From assembly GCA_964363475.1 (NCBI GenBank), contig CAYIII010000002.1:6661-70660 (forward strand): DNA of 64,000 nucleotides, given 5' to 3'. Source of the DNA: an uncultured Candidatus Saccharibacteria bacterium (GTDB lineage Bacteria; Patescibacteriota; Minisyncoccia; UBA6257; UBA11618). Numbering within the stretch: the first letter of the stretch is position 1; each line of letters begins with the position of its first letter. A program made the position numbers and the translations under genes. The notes below the pieces were generated by a model. It did not search any database and was not told the origin of the DNA. It saw only the letters and a program-made list of their open reading frames with translations. Shown one piece after another: positions 1 through 8,170 of the stretch.

Positions 1-678
1 AAAATTACCGGCATATTCTAATTTAAAAGTAATGCCTACCGGCTTGTGGAAACCATTTATTAATTCCTCACTTTGATTTTCCAGGTCGCTAACGCGCACA
101 TCCGCCCCCTCTTTAAATCCAAAAGTTATAATGCGCGCTCGGGTCTTCTCTTTCATTTCCATAACCGTTTCATCGTCAAAATTTAAAATTCCGAGTCCTA
201 TGGGAAGCAAGGCCTCAATAATTTTACTTTTTTCTTCAGCTACCGCGTCTGGATTAGGATAAAATTCAACATGAACCGGTATTTCGCCTACCGCGGTAAC
301 TATACTGATTTGCGGTTTGGCTATTTCCAGTAAATATCTTATGTCTCCCGGTTTGTCAGCGGCATATTCTAAAATTAAAATTTCCGGATATTGTTTTGAA
401 AAAATTAAATTAAAAACAGCATAGAAGATTACTTTGGGCCAAAAAAATATTCCTTTAATTTCCGTCCATGGTCCGAGAATAGTCAGCGGTACCCCCAATT
501 CATTGTTGAAATTTCCGCTGGCGGATCTGACCCTTCTCACATTTCTTAAAAGAGTATAAATCGCTTCTTTGGTGGAGGTTTTGCCGACACTGCCGGTAAT
601 AATAATTACTCCCGGCTGGTATTTTTTTATGGTAAATATCGCTAATTTTTTTAAGACCTTTTTAAGAGTTGAGATCAT
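1..678 (-). CDS. murF: UDP-N-acetylmuramoyl-tripeptide--D-alanyl-D-alanine ligase (5' part; runs off window edge)
   Basis: Not in ORF track; read manually from ATG at 678: MISTLKKVLKKLAIFTIKKYQPGVIIITGSVGKTSTKEA...GNFNNELGVPLT, Mur-ligase ATP loop; directly follows ftsI. Confidence 0.88.
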   Translation of the reverse strand, partial: MISTLKKVLKKLAIFTIKKYQPGVIIITGSVGKTSTKEAIYTLLRNVRRVRSASGNFNNELGVPLTILGPWTEIKGIFFWPKVIFYAVFNLIFSKQYPEILILEYAADKPGDIRYLLEIAKPQISIVTAVGEIPVHVEFYPNPDAVAEEKSKIIEALLPIGLGILNFDDETVMEMKEKTRARIITFGFKEGADVRVSDLENQSEELINGFHKPVGITFKLEYAGNF

Positions 679-2299
679 CTGGGGGTATATTATAGTAGTT
701 TAGTATAAACTTCGCTAATTCGCGAAATGCGGGTACAACCGTTGCGCCCGCTAATGGCGCCCCAAGCGGTTTATCCAGTTTTATTAAAATAATAAATTTT
801 GAATCAAAAGCCGGGACAAAACCGATATAACTGTTAATCACATCCGTTGTGTAGCCGCCGTGTTTGAAGTCGGGAACTTGGGCCGTGCCCGTCTTGCCGG
901 CGACATTATATCCTGGTATTTGAGCCACCGTTGCTTTATTTACCGCCGATACCATCATTTTTGTCATTTCTTTGGCCGCGTCCGAAGATATAACCTGCCT
1001 GATTTCTTGGGGTTCTTGACTAGTAGTTATATAGGGCATCATCAATTTTCCCCCATTGGCTATGGCTGACACCGCGGCGATTAATTGCATTGGCGTTACC
1101 GATATGCCCTGGCCAAATGACGCGGCCGCAAAATCAATGCCGGCGTTTTTGGTTTTTATATTTTTTATATTGCCGCTGACTTCTCCCGGGAGTTCAATTT
1201 GAGTCAAATCGTTAAAACCAAACTTATCAAGATAATCATAAAATGCCTTGTGTCCTATCTGGCTTTCAACAAAAGCGCTGCCGGTGTTAATGGATTGTTC
1301 TATGACTTCGCTCATATTTATTTGACCATGGGCTTTTAAATCCCAATTTTTAATTTTCTTTCCGTCTGAAAAAGTTATCGCTCCGGAATCATAATATGTG
1401 GTTTTCGGAGTTATTTTTTTACTGTCTAATCCCGCGGACATAGTTATCACTTTAAATACGGAGCCGGGTTCATAAACGGACTGGACCGCCGGATTTATAA
1501 AAGTTGCGATGTCGTATGTTGAATAGTTATTTAAATCAAAGGTCGGATAATTGGCTAGAGCGATAATTTTTCCCGTTTGTGATTCCTGCGCTATGATGGT
1601 CCCGCCAACGGCGCTGTGTTTTTCTACTAATTCTTTTAGCTTGCTCTCAATTTCTATTTGGATATTGCGGTCTATTGTTAATACTATGTCATCGCCTCTA
1701 ATTGGTTTTGTGGCTTTTCCGTTTTCAATTATGCCGGGCTTGCCGCCTAATAAGTCGTTAAATCTTTTTTCTATTCCATATTGCCCGCTGGCCAAATTAC
1801 TTTGGTCGTTATAGCCCAAAAATCCCAACACTTGAGACGCAAGTTCTCCGAAAGGATAGTAGCGCCATTCTTGGTCGTCAATATAAATTCCTTTTATCGG
1901 GGACTCGTTAATTTTAGATATTTGTTCCGGACCGGCTTTTCTTAATAACGGCTCGTATAAATTATTTTGGGTTATTTTATTTCTTAATTGCTCTTGGTCA
2001 ATATTTAATATCGGACCTAAATTTTCTATTGTTTTGTCAACGTCCTCAATTTCTTTGGGGACCGCAAAAATAGTTTGGTGGGACTTGTTAATCACCGCGG
2101 GGATGCGATTATTATTTTTGTCAGAAAAATAAATAAGGCCTCGGTGCGGTTCCAAAAACCCTGAAAGGCGGTATTGCGACTGCGCTTTTTCGGAATAGTA
2201 TTGCCCATTCCGAATCTGTAAATTATAAATATTAAGAATTAAAAAAAAATAAGCGCTTAAAACGCTAGTTATTAGTATTGTAAAATGAAACCGATTCAT
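662..2299 (-). CDS. ftsI: Penicillin-binding protein, FtsI/PBP2 class B transpeptidase
   Basis: N-terminal TM, EPGSVFK (SxxK), SIN (SxN), KTGTAQ motifs; dcw context. Confidence 0.9.
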   Translation of the reverse strand: MNRFHFTILITSVLSAYFFLILNIYNLQIRNGQYYSEKAQSQYRLSGFLEPHRGLIYFSDKNNNRIPAVINKSHQTIFAVPKEIEDVDKTIENLGPILNIDQEQLRNKITQNNLYEPLLRKAGPEQISKINESPIKGIYIDDQEWRYYPFGELASQVLGFLGYNDQSNLASGQYGIEKRFNDLLGGKPGIIENGKATKPIRGDDIVLTIDRNIQIEIESKLKELVEKHSAVGGTIIAQESQTGKIIALANYPTFDLNNYSTYDIATFINPAVQSVYEPGSVFKVITMSAGLDSKKITPKTTYYDSGAITFSDGKKIKNWDLKAHGQINMSEVIEQSINTGSAFVESQIGHKAFYDYLDKFGFNDLTQIELPGEVSGNIKNIKTKNAGIDFAAASFGQGISVTPMQLIAAVSAIANGGKLMMPYITTSQEPQEIRQVISSDAAKEMTKMMVSAVNKATVAQIPGYNVAGKTGTAQVPDFKHGGYTTDVINSYIGFVPAFDSKFIILIKLDKPLGAPLAGATVVPAFRELAKFILNYYNIPPDDLNS

Positions 2300-2579
2300 T
2301 GATTTCTAAAAACTCCGGATTTTTTATTTTAATCATCCCCAGGTCTTTTGCCAACTCGCTTAAATTTTTTAGGTCTAAAATTTGATAAAGTTTGTTTTTA
2401 AGGTCGGCATCCGCCAATTTAAGGCCCTCCAGGTCTTTTGTCTGAATGGTTATAAGATGCTGCAAGTTCACTATTTTATTATAAACAAAGACATTGCTGA
2501 GGGTAAAAATTATCAGCGCGAAACCGGCGATTATAATCCATTTCCTTATTTTCTTATTTTTGTTTCTAGCGATTGTCAT
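2265..2579 (-). CDS. FtsL-like cell division protein (TM + coiled coil)
   Basis: Basic N-terminus, single TM, heptad-like segment; located between rsmH and ftsI. Confidence 0.65.
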   Translation of the reverse strand: MTIARNKNKKIRKWIIIAGFALIIFTLSNVFVYNKIVNLQHLITIQTKDLEGLKLADADLKNKLYQILDLKNLSELAKDLGMIKIKNPEFLEINESVSFYNTNN

Positions 2580-3456
2580 TGATTTTTACTCCTCTTAACT
2601 TTGCTGACCTCGCTCTCGGATTTAGTTGTATTTCCCCTAAAGACGGCGTTATCGGCTTTTTTGTTAATAATTCCGCATGGTTTTCTTTATGTAAATTTCT
2701 AAAATAATTTTTAACCAAACGGTCTTCCAGCGAGTGAAAGGATATAATCGCTATTCTGCCTCCGGTATTCATCACGTGTTTTAATTCCATTAAAATTTTC
2801 TCCAAATTTTCTAATTCTTTATTGGCGTAAATTCTCAAAGCCATGAAAGTTTTGGTGGCGGGGTGGATTCGCTGATGATGATAATAAGGCGGAGTGGCTT
2901 TAATAATTATTGAAACCAAATCCAGGGTGGTCTCTATCGGACGCTTTTTCAAGGCCTCTTTAATAGTCGCCGCGATTTTTCCGGCAAATCTTTCTTCCCC
3001 AAAGTCCCTAATCACTTTTTCCAGTTCTTTTACTCTTAATTCTTTGAGAATTGTTTTGACCGGTTTTTGCTCGTTGCTAAAAGTCATAAAGAGCGGCTCA
3101 TTTTTTTGGAAACTGAATCCCCTTCCGGAATTTTCCAATTCATCGGATGAAATTCCCAAATCAATCAACAGCCCGTCAGCTTTAGGAAAATTAATTTTTT
3201 TAGCGATGTGCGCTAGGTCCGCGAAATTTGCGTTGAGGCACTCAACGTGACTAAATTCTTTAGCGTATGATTTACATAAATTTATCGCTTCTAAGTTCCA
3301 GTCAATGGCTAGTAATTTCCCGTCCTTTCCGATTTTCTCCAATATTTTTTTTGAATGTCCTCCTCCGCCAAAAGTGCAATCAATAAAAGTTTCTCCCAAC
3401 TTCGGCTCTAAAAGGGCCATTGCTTCATTCAAAAGAACCGGCAGGTGGCTTGTCAT
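2566..3456 (-). CDS. rsmH: 16S rRNA m4C1402 methyltransferase
   Basis: HLPVLL, DCTFGGGGHS, DLGISS, SFHSLEDR, NPRARSAKLR motifs. Confidence 0.97.
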   Translation of the reverse strand: MTSHLPVLLNEAMALLEPKLGETFIDCTFGGGGHSKKILEKIGKDGKLLAIDWNLEAINLCKSYAKEFSHVECLNANFADLAHIAKKINFPKADGLLIDLGISSDELENSGRGFSFQKNEPLFMTFSNEQKPVKTILKELRVKELEKVIRDFGEERFAGKIAATIKEALKKRPIETTLDLVSIIIKATPPYYHHQRIHPATKTFMALRIYANKELENLEKILMELKHVMNTGGRIAIISFHSLEDRLVKNYFRNLHKENHAELLTKKPITPSLGEIQLNPRARSAKLRGVKINDNR

Positions 3457-3457
3457 T

Positions 3458-3889
3458 TTATATTCCTAATTCGGACAATTTTTCCGCGATTTCGTCAGAA
3501 TTGGATTCGGTCTTAGATTTGTATTGTTGCCAAGCGTTTTCATCCCAAATTTCTATGCGGTTATAAACTCCAGCGACCACTGTTTGTTTTTTTAAGCCGG
3601 CATATTGCCTTAAATAATCGGGCAAGAGAATTCTTCCCTGATTATCTAATTCAACCTCCATCGCGCCCGCTAACATCAAACGAGCGAATGCCCGCGAGTT
3701 GGACTGCGCCAATGGCAGAGCCACTAATTTTTTTGCTAATTCTTGCCACTCGTTTTCCGTGAATATAAATAGACAGTGGTCTAATCCGCGGGTTACTATC
3801 GCGCCTTTGCCAATTTGCGAACGAAATTTGACCGGCACCGCCATTCTCCCCTTTTCATCTATATTGTGTTGATATTCTCCAATAAACAT
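3458..3889 (-). CDS. mraZ: Division/cell wall cluster transcriptional repressor MraZ
   Basis: MFIGEY..IDEKGR, DNQGRILLP, RIEIWD; 143 aa; first gene of dcw. Confidence 0.97.
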   Translation of the reverse strand: MFIGEYQHNIDEKGRMAVPVKFRSQIGKGAIVTRGLDHCLFIFTENEWQELAKKLVALPLAQSNSRAFARLMLAGAMEVELDNQGRILLPDYLRQYAGLKKQTVVAGVYNRIEIWDENAWQQYKSKTESNSDEIAEKLSELGI

Positions 3890-3921
3890 AGGATTTTACG
3901 AGTTATCCCCAGACCAACTAG

Positions 3922-3951
3922 TTTTCCCCATACTTTTCCACAATTCCCCAC
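3922..3951 (-). promoter_or_regulatory. MraZ-binding direct repeats (10-bp period)
   Basis: Minus strand GTGGGGAATT-GTGGAAAAGT-ATGGGGAAAA upstream of mraZ, matching the known GTGGG/GTGG-type MraZ boxes. Confidence 0.75.
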
Positions 3952-3966
3952 TAACCGCTACTTTTA

Positions 3967-3994
3967 ATAATAAACTAGCCGCTTTGGTGGTCAA
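3967..3994 (-). promoter_or_regulatory. Sigma70-type promoter of mraZ/dcw operon
   Basis: TTGACC-16 nt-TATTAT on minus strand. Confidence 0.55.
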
Positions 3995-4005
3995 TAGGAC
4001 GGTCT

Positions 4006-4014
4006 TGTGGATAA
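4006..4014 (-). promoter_or_regulatory. DnaA box (perfect TTATCCACA)
   Basis: tgtggataa on plus strand; 1-mismatch partner ttatcccca at 3903-3911; another perfect box at 8965-8973. Confidence 0.5.
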
Positions 4015-4066
4015 CTCGAAAATTTGTTATTTTCTTGAAAGCTCACTACTTTGAAAGGGAGAATAT

Positions 4067-4399
4067 ATGGGAATGCAAAAAAGTAAAATTATTACACAGG
4101 GAATTAAATTGTCTATTAGCGATGGCGTCAAAGAAATAGCTCGAGCTAGAGTGTATTTCATATACAATGATCTTCATAGCAATCCTTACGCTTATATTGA
4201 AGATGTTTTTGTTGACCCTAATTATCGCAAAAGAGGCCTTGCCACTCAATTAGAGGATGAGATAGAAAAAGAAGCCCGGGCGAGAGGTTGCTATAAAATA
4301 ATCCAAACCAGCAGATTTGAGAACGAAAATGTTCATAGAATTTACGAGCGTTGTGGATTTACGCAGTGGGGATATGAATTCAGAAAGGATTTGATATAG
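4067..4399 (+). CDS. GNAT family N-acetyltransferase
   Basis: YIEDVFVDPNYRKRGLA acetyl-CoA motif A, HRIYERCGF motif B; SD GGGAG at 4057-4061. Confidence 0.88.
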   Translation: MGMQKSKIITQGIKLSISDGVKEIARARVYFIYNDLHSNPYAYIEDVFVDPNYRKRGLATQLEDEIEKEARARGCYKIIQTSRFENENVHRIYERCGFTQWGYEFRKDLI

Positions 4400-4471
4400 T
4401 GCGCGCAGTTGGGATTGAACCAACGGCCCCTGCAATGTGAATGCAGTGCTCTGCCACTGAGCTATGCGCGC
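4400..4471 (-). tRNA. tRNA-Val (anticodon CAC), CCA not encoded
   Basis: GCGCGCATAGCTCAGTGGCAGAGCA-CTGCA-TT CAC AT-TGCAG-GGGCCGTTGGTTCAATCCCAAC-TGCGCGC-A; complete cloverleaf. Confidence 0.96.
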
Positions 4472-4588
4472 TCTCCTACGCTTTGTGTTTCACAAAGCTT
4501 CGGAAGAGCAAGATTTCTTTGCACAAAGATACTTGCCCATCCGAAGCCCTATGAAATAGGGCGAAGGAGGGAGCTATGCGCGCTCTCC
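4459..4588. repeat. 18-bp direct repeat (4459-4476, 4571-4588) flanking a 94-bp cruciform REP/MITE-like element
   Basis: gagctatgcgcgctctcc twice; internal hairpins 4480-4498, 4499-4545, 4546-4562. Confidence 0.8.
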
Positions 4589-4609
4589 CGCTATAAGCGG
4601 GATTTTTTT
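4586..4609 (+). terminator. Intrinsic terminator-like hairpin
   Basis: tcccgc-tataa-gcggga followed by T7 on plus strand; lies at rplL 3' end. Confidence 0.55.
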
Positions 4610-4979
4610 ATTGTAATTCCACTGTGGCGCCGGCCGCTTCTAATTTTTTCTTTAATTCTTCCGCCTCTTCTTTCTTTAGTCCTTCTTTAACTACTTTCGG
4701 CGCTCCGTCAACGATGGTTTTAGATTCTTGCAGTCCAAGACCAGTAGCTTCTTTAACGGCTTTAATGACTTGTATTTTTTGCGTTCCGCTTTCCTTTAAT
4801 AAGACACTCCAGGCGGTTTTTTCTTCAGCTATCGCTTCACCGCTACCGGCTCCCCCGGCTACAGCTACCGGCACGGAAGCAGAGATGTTAAATTTCTCTT
4901 CCATAGCTTTTACCAATTCAGATAATTCTAAAGCGTTCATTTGTTCTATTTTAGACAATAAATCTTGAAATTTTTCCAT
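4608..4979 (-). CDS. rplL: 50S ribosomal protein L7/L12
   Basis: [41 protein letters not shown]. Confidence 0.98.
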   Translation of the reverse strand: MEKFQDLLSKIEQMNALELSELVKAMEEKFNISASVPVAVAGGAGSGEAIAEEKTAWSVLLKESGTQKIQVIKAVKEATGLGLQESKTIVDGAPKVVKEGLKKEEAEELKKKLEAAGATVELQ

Positions 4980-4984
4980 ATTTT

Positions 4985-5494
4985 TTAATTTGATTTTTGC
5001 GTTTTTCCGACCTCATTTAACGCAATCATTATTTTTTTAACAGGCATGGTAAGCATAATCGCTATCTGCGTCAGCAATATTTCCCTGGGCGGTAATTTCG
5101 CTATTTTTACAAATTCTTCGGAAGTTATATTTTTATTTTCCGGAAGATTAAAGCCGCCTAATATTTTTAGGTCCTTTTTTGTTTTAGCCAGTTCTTTAAC
5201 GAATTTGTACAAATTACCGGCCGCAGAAAATATATCTTTAGATAACAAGATGGCGCCGACTTGGCTTTTAAATTGAGTCGGGTCGGAGTCCTTTTCTGAT
5301 TTTCGCAAGGCAATCTTCAGTAATCTTTTTTTAATCACCTTAAACTTCCCGCCAACTTCTTTCAGCATCAAGCGCAAATTTCTTAATTCGGAAGTTGAAA
5401 TGCCGGTAAAATCCGCAAATAAAATGGTCTTGCTATTTTTGATTTCAGCAACACCTTCCTCAACCTGTTTAATTTTCTGTTGTTTTGTAAGCAT
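4985..5494 (-). CDS. rplJ: 50S ribosomal protein L10
   Basis: [30 protein letters not shown]; directly upstream of rplL; ATG 5494 preferred over GTG 5500. Confidence 0.95.
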   Translation of the reverse strand: MLTKQQKIKQVEEGVAEIKNSKTILFADFTGISTSELRNLRLMLKEVGGKFKVIKKRLLKIALRKSEKDSDPTQFKSQVGAILLSKDIFSAAGNLYKFVKELAKTKKDLKILGGFNLPENKNITSEEFVKIAKLPPREILLTQIAIMLTMPVKKIMIALNEVGKTQKSN

Positions 5495-5554
5495 ATTCAC
5501 TTATCGTAACCCCTTGACGCGACTCTGGGTTCTTTTTCTTTTGAAAAAGAAAAA

Positions 5555-5640
5555 CGACCTTTCGGGCCGTAGACAAAAAAGCGTCCTCGGCGGGTTGCTT
5601 CGGTAAGCTCGGAGGAGCTTATCACCCGCTGTCTACGGAA
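5555..5640 (-). ncRNA. Ribosomal protein L10 leader (autoregulatory RNA)
   Basis: CCGTAGACAGCGGG...CCCGCCGAGG...TGTCTACGG stem in rplJ 5' UTR, resembling the L10-leader AGACAG.AGG/CC.CCGAGG pattern. Confidence 0.75.
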
Positions 5641-5647
5641 TAATGCC

Positions 5648-5676
5648 ATTATAAAAAAATAAAGCTCAAATGTCAA
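5648..5676 (-). promoter_or_regulatory. Consensus sigma70 promoter for rplJL
   Basis: TTGACA-17 nt-TATAAT exact; -35 overlaps the stop codon of the upstream sigma-factor gene. Confidence 0.85.
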
Positions 5677-6608
5677 TCCTGCGCTTGTAGGATTTGTTTG
5701 AGCTTTAAGCAATTTTGTAATTTTCTTTTAGCTTTAAATTCTATTTGTCTAATCCTTTCTCTTGATAGTTCTAATACATCCCCGATGTCCCTTAAGGTGC
5801 AGATTCTATCTTTTGATTGAAGCTTTCCCCATTTCTTATAAAAATAATTTTCCTCCGAATTTGTTCCCGCTTTTTTATCCAGTTTTTTAAATATGGATTG
5901 GTGATAGTTAAGACCGAATCTGTTCAGAATAACAAAGGCCTCTCCGGGACTTAAATTGCCAATAATTACATCCACTACATTTTGAGTTGCAATCGTATTG
6001 CAATTTGCGTCCCCTTCGGTATCCCAATCACGGTCGTTCCAATATTCGTCTATTGAACAACAACTTTTAAACGTTAATTCTATATTTTCTACGGACTTTA
6101 CAGTTTCTCCCATTTCTTTTGCAATAGAAGCCGTATCCGGCTTAGATTGGTTTTTTGTTTCATGCTGAATCTTCCTCACGGCCGCCAAATATTTTATTTG
6201 TTTATTAATTGCGTTAAAGGGTATGCGAATAGTTCTCCCGTACTTTTTTATGTAGTCCAATATTTCTCTATAAATCCAATGTATGGCATAAGTAGAAAGT
6301 TTATTAGCCCCCTTGCCATATCTAAACCTGTCTATTCCTGTTATCAAACCAATGCTTCCTGCGCTAATTAAATCTTCAAGATGAAGAATTGGATTATAGG
6401 AATCGTAATATTTTTTTGCAATACTTATAACAAAAAAAAGATTGCGTTCTATTAATACGCGTCTGGCTTCCGCCGCTTCTCTTTGAACTATTTTTGATTG
6501 CGATTTGCGTCCCCTTTCCATTTTCATTAACAATTCCCTTTCTTCTTTCGGAGTTAATCTGTTTCCGCATTTTTTAATGTCTTCCAGATATTCTCCCAAG
6601 AGATTCAT
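5673..6608 (-). CDS. Divergent sigma-70 family RNA polymerase sigma factor (RpoD/RpoS-like regions 1.2-4)
   Basis: EYLEDI..LTPKEE (1.2), NLFFVISIAKKY, DLISAGSIGL, KLSTYAIHWI (2), RTIRIP (3), TLRDIGDVLELSRERIRQIE (4.2). Confidence 0.9.
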   Translation of the reverse strand: MNLLGEYLEDIKKCGNRLTPKEERELLMKMERGRKSQSKIVQREAAEARRVLIERNLFFVISIAKKYYDSYNPILHLEDLISAGSIGLITGIDRFRYGKGANKLSTYAIHWIYREILDYIKKYGRTIRIPFNAINKQIKYLAAVRKIQHETKNQSKPDTASIAKEMGETVKSVENIELTFKSCCSIDEYWNDRDWDTEGDANCNTIATQNVVDVIIGNLSPGEAFVILNRFGLNYHQSIFKKLDKKAGTNSEENYFYKKWGKLQSKDRICTLRDIGDVLELSRERIRQIEFKAKRKLQNCLKLKQILQAQD

Positions 6609-6711
6609 TGAGCCTCCTTTCCGGCTAATAAGCAGTTGTCAAAAAACCATTAATATATAATCACATTAACCATTTTTTGTAAATACTAGTTTAACTTCCC
6701 CTAATACAACA

Positions 6712-6897
6712 AAACGGGTCCTGACAGGAGCATTGTCTCGAAAACACGCTATCAAATTTCCCAGCGAGAAATTTGCGCTCGCTCTCGGCCTCGCTCGCCC
6801 AGCGCTATTTTAGACAAGTTAATTATAAAATAGCACTGGGCACCTGCCCGCTCGGCCTGCGAGACGGTTTTCTCAACAATGTTCCTGTCACCCGTTT
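6712..6897 (-). ncRNA. Large structured element A (candidate ncRNA or MITE)
   Basis: Nested stems tgacaggagcattgt/acaatgttcctgtca, gcccagcgctatttta/taaaatagcactgggc, caaatttc/gaaatttg. Confidence 0.5.
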
Positions 6898-6907
6898 GCC
6901 AATATTA

Positions 6908-7066
6908 AAGAAAGAACCCGTTCCGTGAGGCAATTGGCGGAGGCCGCGCCGGCAGGGTCTTTTTGTTACACTTATCTAAAAACAAAAAGCGGCGAGCCGA
7001 GCCGATAGGCGGTTCCGCCTCGCAGGGGCGGAAACCGCCGGTGCCTTTAGGAACGGGTTCTTTCTT
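6908..7066 (+). ncRNA. Large structured element B (related to A)
   Basis: Perfect 17-bp terminal inverted repeat aagaaagaacccgttcc/ggaacgggttctttctt; inner stems ctttttgtt/aacaaaaag and ttccgcc/ggcggaa. Confidence 0.5.
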
Positions 7067-7092
7067 GAGAAAACTATTTTTCTACAGCTTGT

Positions 7093-7716
7093 CTAAAATC
7101 TTTTCCTCCATTTATTAATCTTATCGTGATTACCGGAAAGCAGGATTTTCGGCGCTTTCCAATTATTAAATATTTCGGGCCTGGTATAAACGGGATATGA
7201 ACCTTTGACTGCTTCTAACGATTCTTTTTTGCCCAATACTTTTGGAATAAAACGAGATACCGCGTCAACAACTATCATTGCCGGTATTTCTCCCCCAAAC
7301 AAAACAAAATCACCTATGGATATTTCTTCATCGGCTATATATCTAGCAACTCTTTCATCAACCCCCTCATAGCGTCCGCAAATTAAAATTAACTGGTCGT
7401 ATTTTGACAATCCTTGAGCAGTTTTTTGATTAAATGTTTTTCCGCGAGTTGAAAACAAAATCACCCTGCTTTTATTCTTTTTATTTTTGTATTTTATATT
7501 TTGCACCGCCCTATAAACAGGAGCAACTTTCAGCACCATTCCCGGACCGCCTCCATAAGGAGAATCGTCAATTTTTTTATGCTTATCTTCGGCAAAGTCC
7601 CTTAAGTTGTGGATGTTAATTTTGATTAGTTTTTTTTCTTGGGCGCGTTTAAGAATGGACTCATTAAAATAGCTTGAAAATATTTCTGGGAAAATTGTGA
7701 TTATATTGAATTTCAT
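7093..7716 (-). CDS. trmD: tRNA (guanine37-N1)-methyltransferase
   Basis: DDSPYGGGPGMV, CGRYEGVDERV, SIGDFVLFGGE, YTRP, LLSGNH. Confidence 0.97.
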   Translation of the reverse strand: MKFNIITIFPEIFSSYFNESILKRAQEKKLIKINIHNLRDFAEDKHKKIDDSPYGGGPGMVLKVAPVYRAVQNIKYKNKKNKSRVILFSTRGKTFNQKTAQGLSKYDQLILICGRYEGVDERVARYIADEEISIGDFVLFGGEIPAMIVVDAVSRFIPKVLGKKESLEAVKGSYPVYTRPEIFNNWKAPKILLSGNHDKINKWRKRF

Positions 7717-7730
7717 AAATTAGGATTTAT

Positions 7731-7772
7731 AAACAAAAACGCCGCAAAAAATCTTTGTGGCGTTTTTGTTTT
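7731..7772. terminator. Bidirectional terminator-like hairpin between khpA and trmD
   Basis: aaacaaaaacgccgcaaa ... tttgtggcgtttttgttt. Confidence 0.7.
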
Positions 7773-7787
7773 ATTTTTTATGTGCTA

Positions 7788-8081
7788 TTAGAAGCTTGAT
7801 TCTGGATTGCGCTCAGAACCGTGAGTAGAACCTTCCGGTTCGTTAATTTTTAGGTTAACGTGAGCATTATGCTTTATTCCAACAATTCTCAAAAGAGAAC
7901 GGATGGACCTTGCGGTAGAACCTTGTCGGCCAATTACTTGGCCCATATCCTTTGGGCTCACTGACAATGAAAGCAAAACTCCTCGCTCATCTATTGCTCT
8001 GTCCACTTTAACTTCTTCTGGATGGTCAACGATGGACTTAACCAAAAAATCTAAAAATTCTTTATCAGTATTTGTATTCAT
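7788..8081 (-). CDS. khpA: KH domain RNA-binding protein KhpA
   Basis: IVDHPEEV, DMGQVIGRQG (GxxG); between rpsP and trmD. Confidence 0.9.
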   Translation of the reverse strand: MNTNTDKEFLDFLVKSIVDHPEEVKVDRAIDERGVLLSLSVSPKDMGQVIGRQGSTARSIRSLLRIVGIKHNAHVNLKINEPEGSTHGSERNPESSF

Positions 8082-8170
8082 CGCGATAAAACAACTTTTT
8101 ACTTGCTAACGACCTTTTCCTGCTTCTATACTATTATATTAAAAATTTTAAAGAAGTCAATCCCATCGTC

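Noticed and set aside
4459-4588. tRNA intron or prophage/ICE att site
   Set aside because: The tRNA is intact and uninterrupted, the insert is only 94 bp, and no integrase is present in the window.
4409-4690. 93-aa plus-strand ORF over the tRNA
   Set aside because: It is the antisense reading of tRNA-Val, the cruciform and the rplL end.
5497-5712. 71-aa ORF upstream of rplJ
   Set aside because: It spans the rplJ promoter and L10 leader RNA and starts upstream of the predicted TSS.
6712-7066. SRP RNA, RNase P RNA, tmRNA, 6S or HDV-like ribozyme identity
   Set aside because: No diagnostic signatures (SRP domain IV in proper context, RNase P GAGGAAAGUCC, tRNA-like ends, nested double pseudoknot) could be established by eye; left unassigned.
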